A stretch of DNA of 64,000 bases, taken from NCBI RefSeq assembly GCF_963921235.1, contig NC_086097.1:126916001-126980000 (forward strand), given 5' to 3'. Positions within the stretch are counted from its first letter, which is position 1. Each line of letters starts with the position of its first letter. The DNA comes from Mobula hypostoma (Eukaryota). Under the pieces are notes generated by a model. It was not told the origin of the DNA and ran no database searches. It was given only the letters and a program-made list of their open reading frames with translations. The position numbers were made by a program, and so were the translations under genes. Positions 62,620 to 64,000 of this stretch are shown here, piece after piece.

Positions 62620-64000
62620 TTTTTAACTCTTTTGTTCTGGACACCAGTGACTACCAGGAATAGTCTGGTGACAACGTGGAGAGACAGCGGACAGCCAGGG
62701 AAGACTGGCACCGGGGGGTGTCAGGATTGGCAGTCCAGGCACCAGCTCAGAAGAGCACCCACCTCTTGAAGCTTCTAGTTTATACGGGGAAACATACCCT
62801 CGGGGTCCTCCGAGAGGGAGGGAGAATGATGGACCCAATCGGACGGATACAGTTAATTACAGGGAACGACTACGACCAAGAGCTAGGATAAGAGGCTCTG
62901 AGTGTCCAGTGTGTTGGTGTGGGAGAGCGTTTTCCAGCATTAAAGGTGTACGAATCCACCAAGCAAAGTTGAGGTGCTATTCCATCCCAGTGGATGAAGA
63001 TGAGATTACTTCACCAAGCATAGGTGATGTGGTCTTTTCAACCACTGATTCACAAGCCACAGCAATTCGCTCTGGAGAGAGGCATCATACTCCAGGTCAG
63101 ATGAGAGATAACCCAGGTCAGGTTTCAGACCACAGTACCCAGGTAGATCCTTCGCATGATGGCGGTGGTGAGGAGGTAGGGAAGAAGAGAAAGGTCAAGT
63201 GGCCAGCAATGGCAGATGAGAAGGCTTGACGTGTATTTGATGAGGATATCAGTATGATGTTGGAGAACACTCTCAGGGGAACACCAAAGAGGAAGTTGGA
63301 AGTGATGGGCAATATGATTTTCGATGTTGGAAAGTACAGGTTTGGTTTGGTTGAGTTGAAGAAAGCAAAGCCTACACAGCAACCAAGCAGGCACCAGAAG
63401 GAGATTAGTAGGTTGAGGAGAGAGCTTAGATTGTTGAGACTGAGGTGGAAGGTAGCAAGTGAGGGTGACAAGCCAGGGCTTGCTGATCTCCGAGAGCATT
63501 TTCGATTAAAGTTAGCATCACTCTGTCGTGCAGAGTCACAACGTCAAAAGAGAAAGAAGAGAGAGAAGGCAAGAAAGTCGTTCTTTGAGAACCCTCATGA
63601 GTTCACAAAGAAACTGTTTGAACAAAGTAAGAGTGGGCAGCTTAACATCTCTCAACAAGAACTTGAGGATCACCTGGCAAGCACTTACTCTAACGAACAG
63701 CGGGAGGCTCCTTTGCTTGACATTTCAGGGCTTGTGAAGCCTACCAAGCCAGGAGTGAAGTTCAATCTGTCAGAACCCAAACTGGCAGAAGTCGAACGGT
63801 TCATCAGAAAGGCAAGGTCAGGCTCAGTGCCAGGACCTAATGGAGTGCCGTATAACGTGTTCAAGAAGTGTGAACAGCTGAGAAAATACTTGTGGAGATT
63901 GTTAAAGGTGGTGTGGAGACAAGGTGTTGTTCCTTTGTCATGGAGTGAGGCTGAAGGAGAAAACATCCCGAAGGAAGAGAATTCTTCTATATTGAATCAG
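62620..64000 (+). mobile_element. HERO-like RLE non-LTR retrotransposon, 5' portion, running off the window
   Basis: N-terminal Zn finger CWCGRAF...GVRIHQAKLRC; KVKWP; after one TGA (63227-63229) the frame stays open to the window end through PGPNGVPY...LWRLLKVVW...EG..IPKE (RT domains 0-1). Confidence 0.82.

Noticed and set aside
54447..64000. Further Gly-X-Y exons
   Set aside because: None found with AG/GT boundaries and Gly periodicity.

Overview
Vertebrate nuclear DNA, most likely from an elasmobranch (ray or shark). This is inferred from the repeat mix: CR1/HER1-like LINEs, V-SINE/HE1-like SINEs, Rex1-like LINEs and Neptune-type Penelope elements. The window is mostly intronic. Eight small phase-0 GT-AG exons on the + strand, none called in their reading frame by the ORF track, splice into a collagen XXI-like (FACIT, TSPN-to-triple-helix junction) peptide: IEIQKLRLYCDPEQSDRETACEIPSV|DDER|CPPDRMVPKTVCECPAGPPGIPGQQGLK followed by five 54-bp Gly-X-Y exons. 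One exon is a 12-nt microexon. The introns hold decayed CR1, Rex1, R4- and HERO-type LINEs, two Gypsy LTR elements with TSDs, solo LTRs, MITEs and SINEs. The most interesting system is a set of Penelope-like elements. Three are fold-back GIY-YIG-only insertions with a ~34-nt tail and, in two cases, reiterated junction sequence. They carry minimal hammerhead-ribozyme motifs that appear able to fold only as dimers, and the same motif also moves alone as ~120-135-bp mini-elements flanked by TSDs. Boundaries of degraded repeats are approximate, and family names come from recalled motifs, not database searches.
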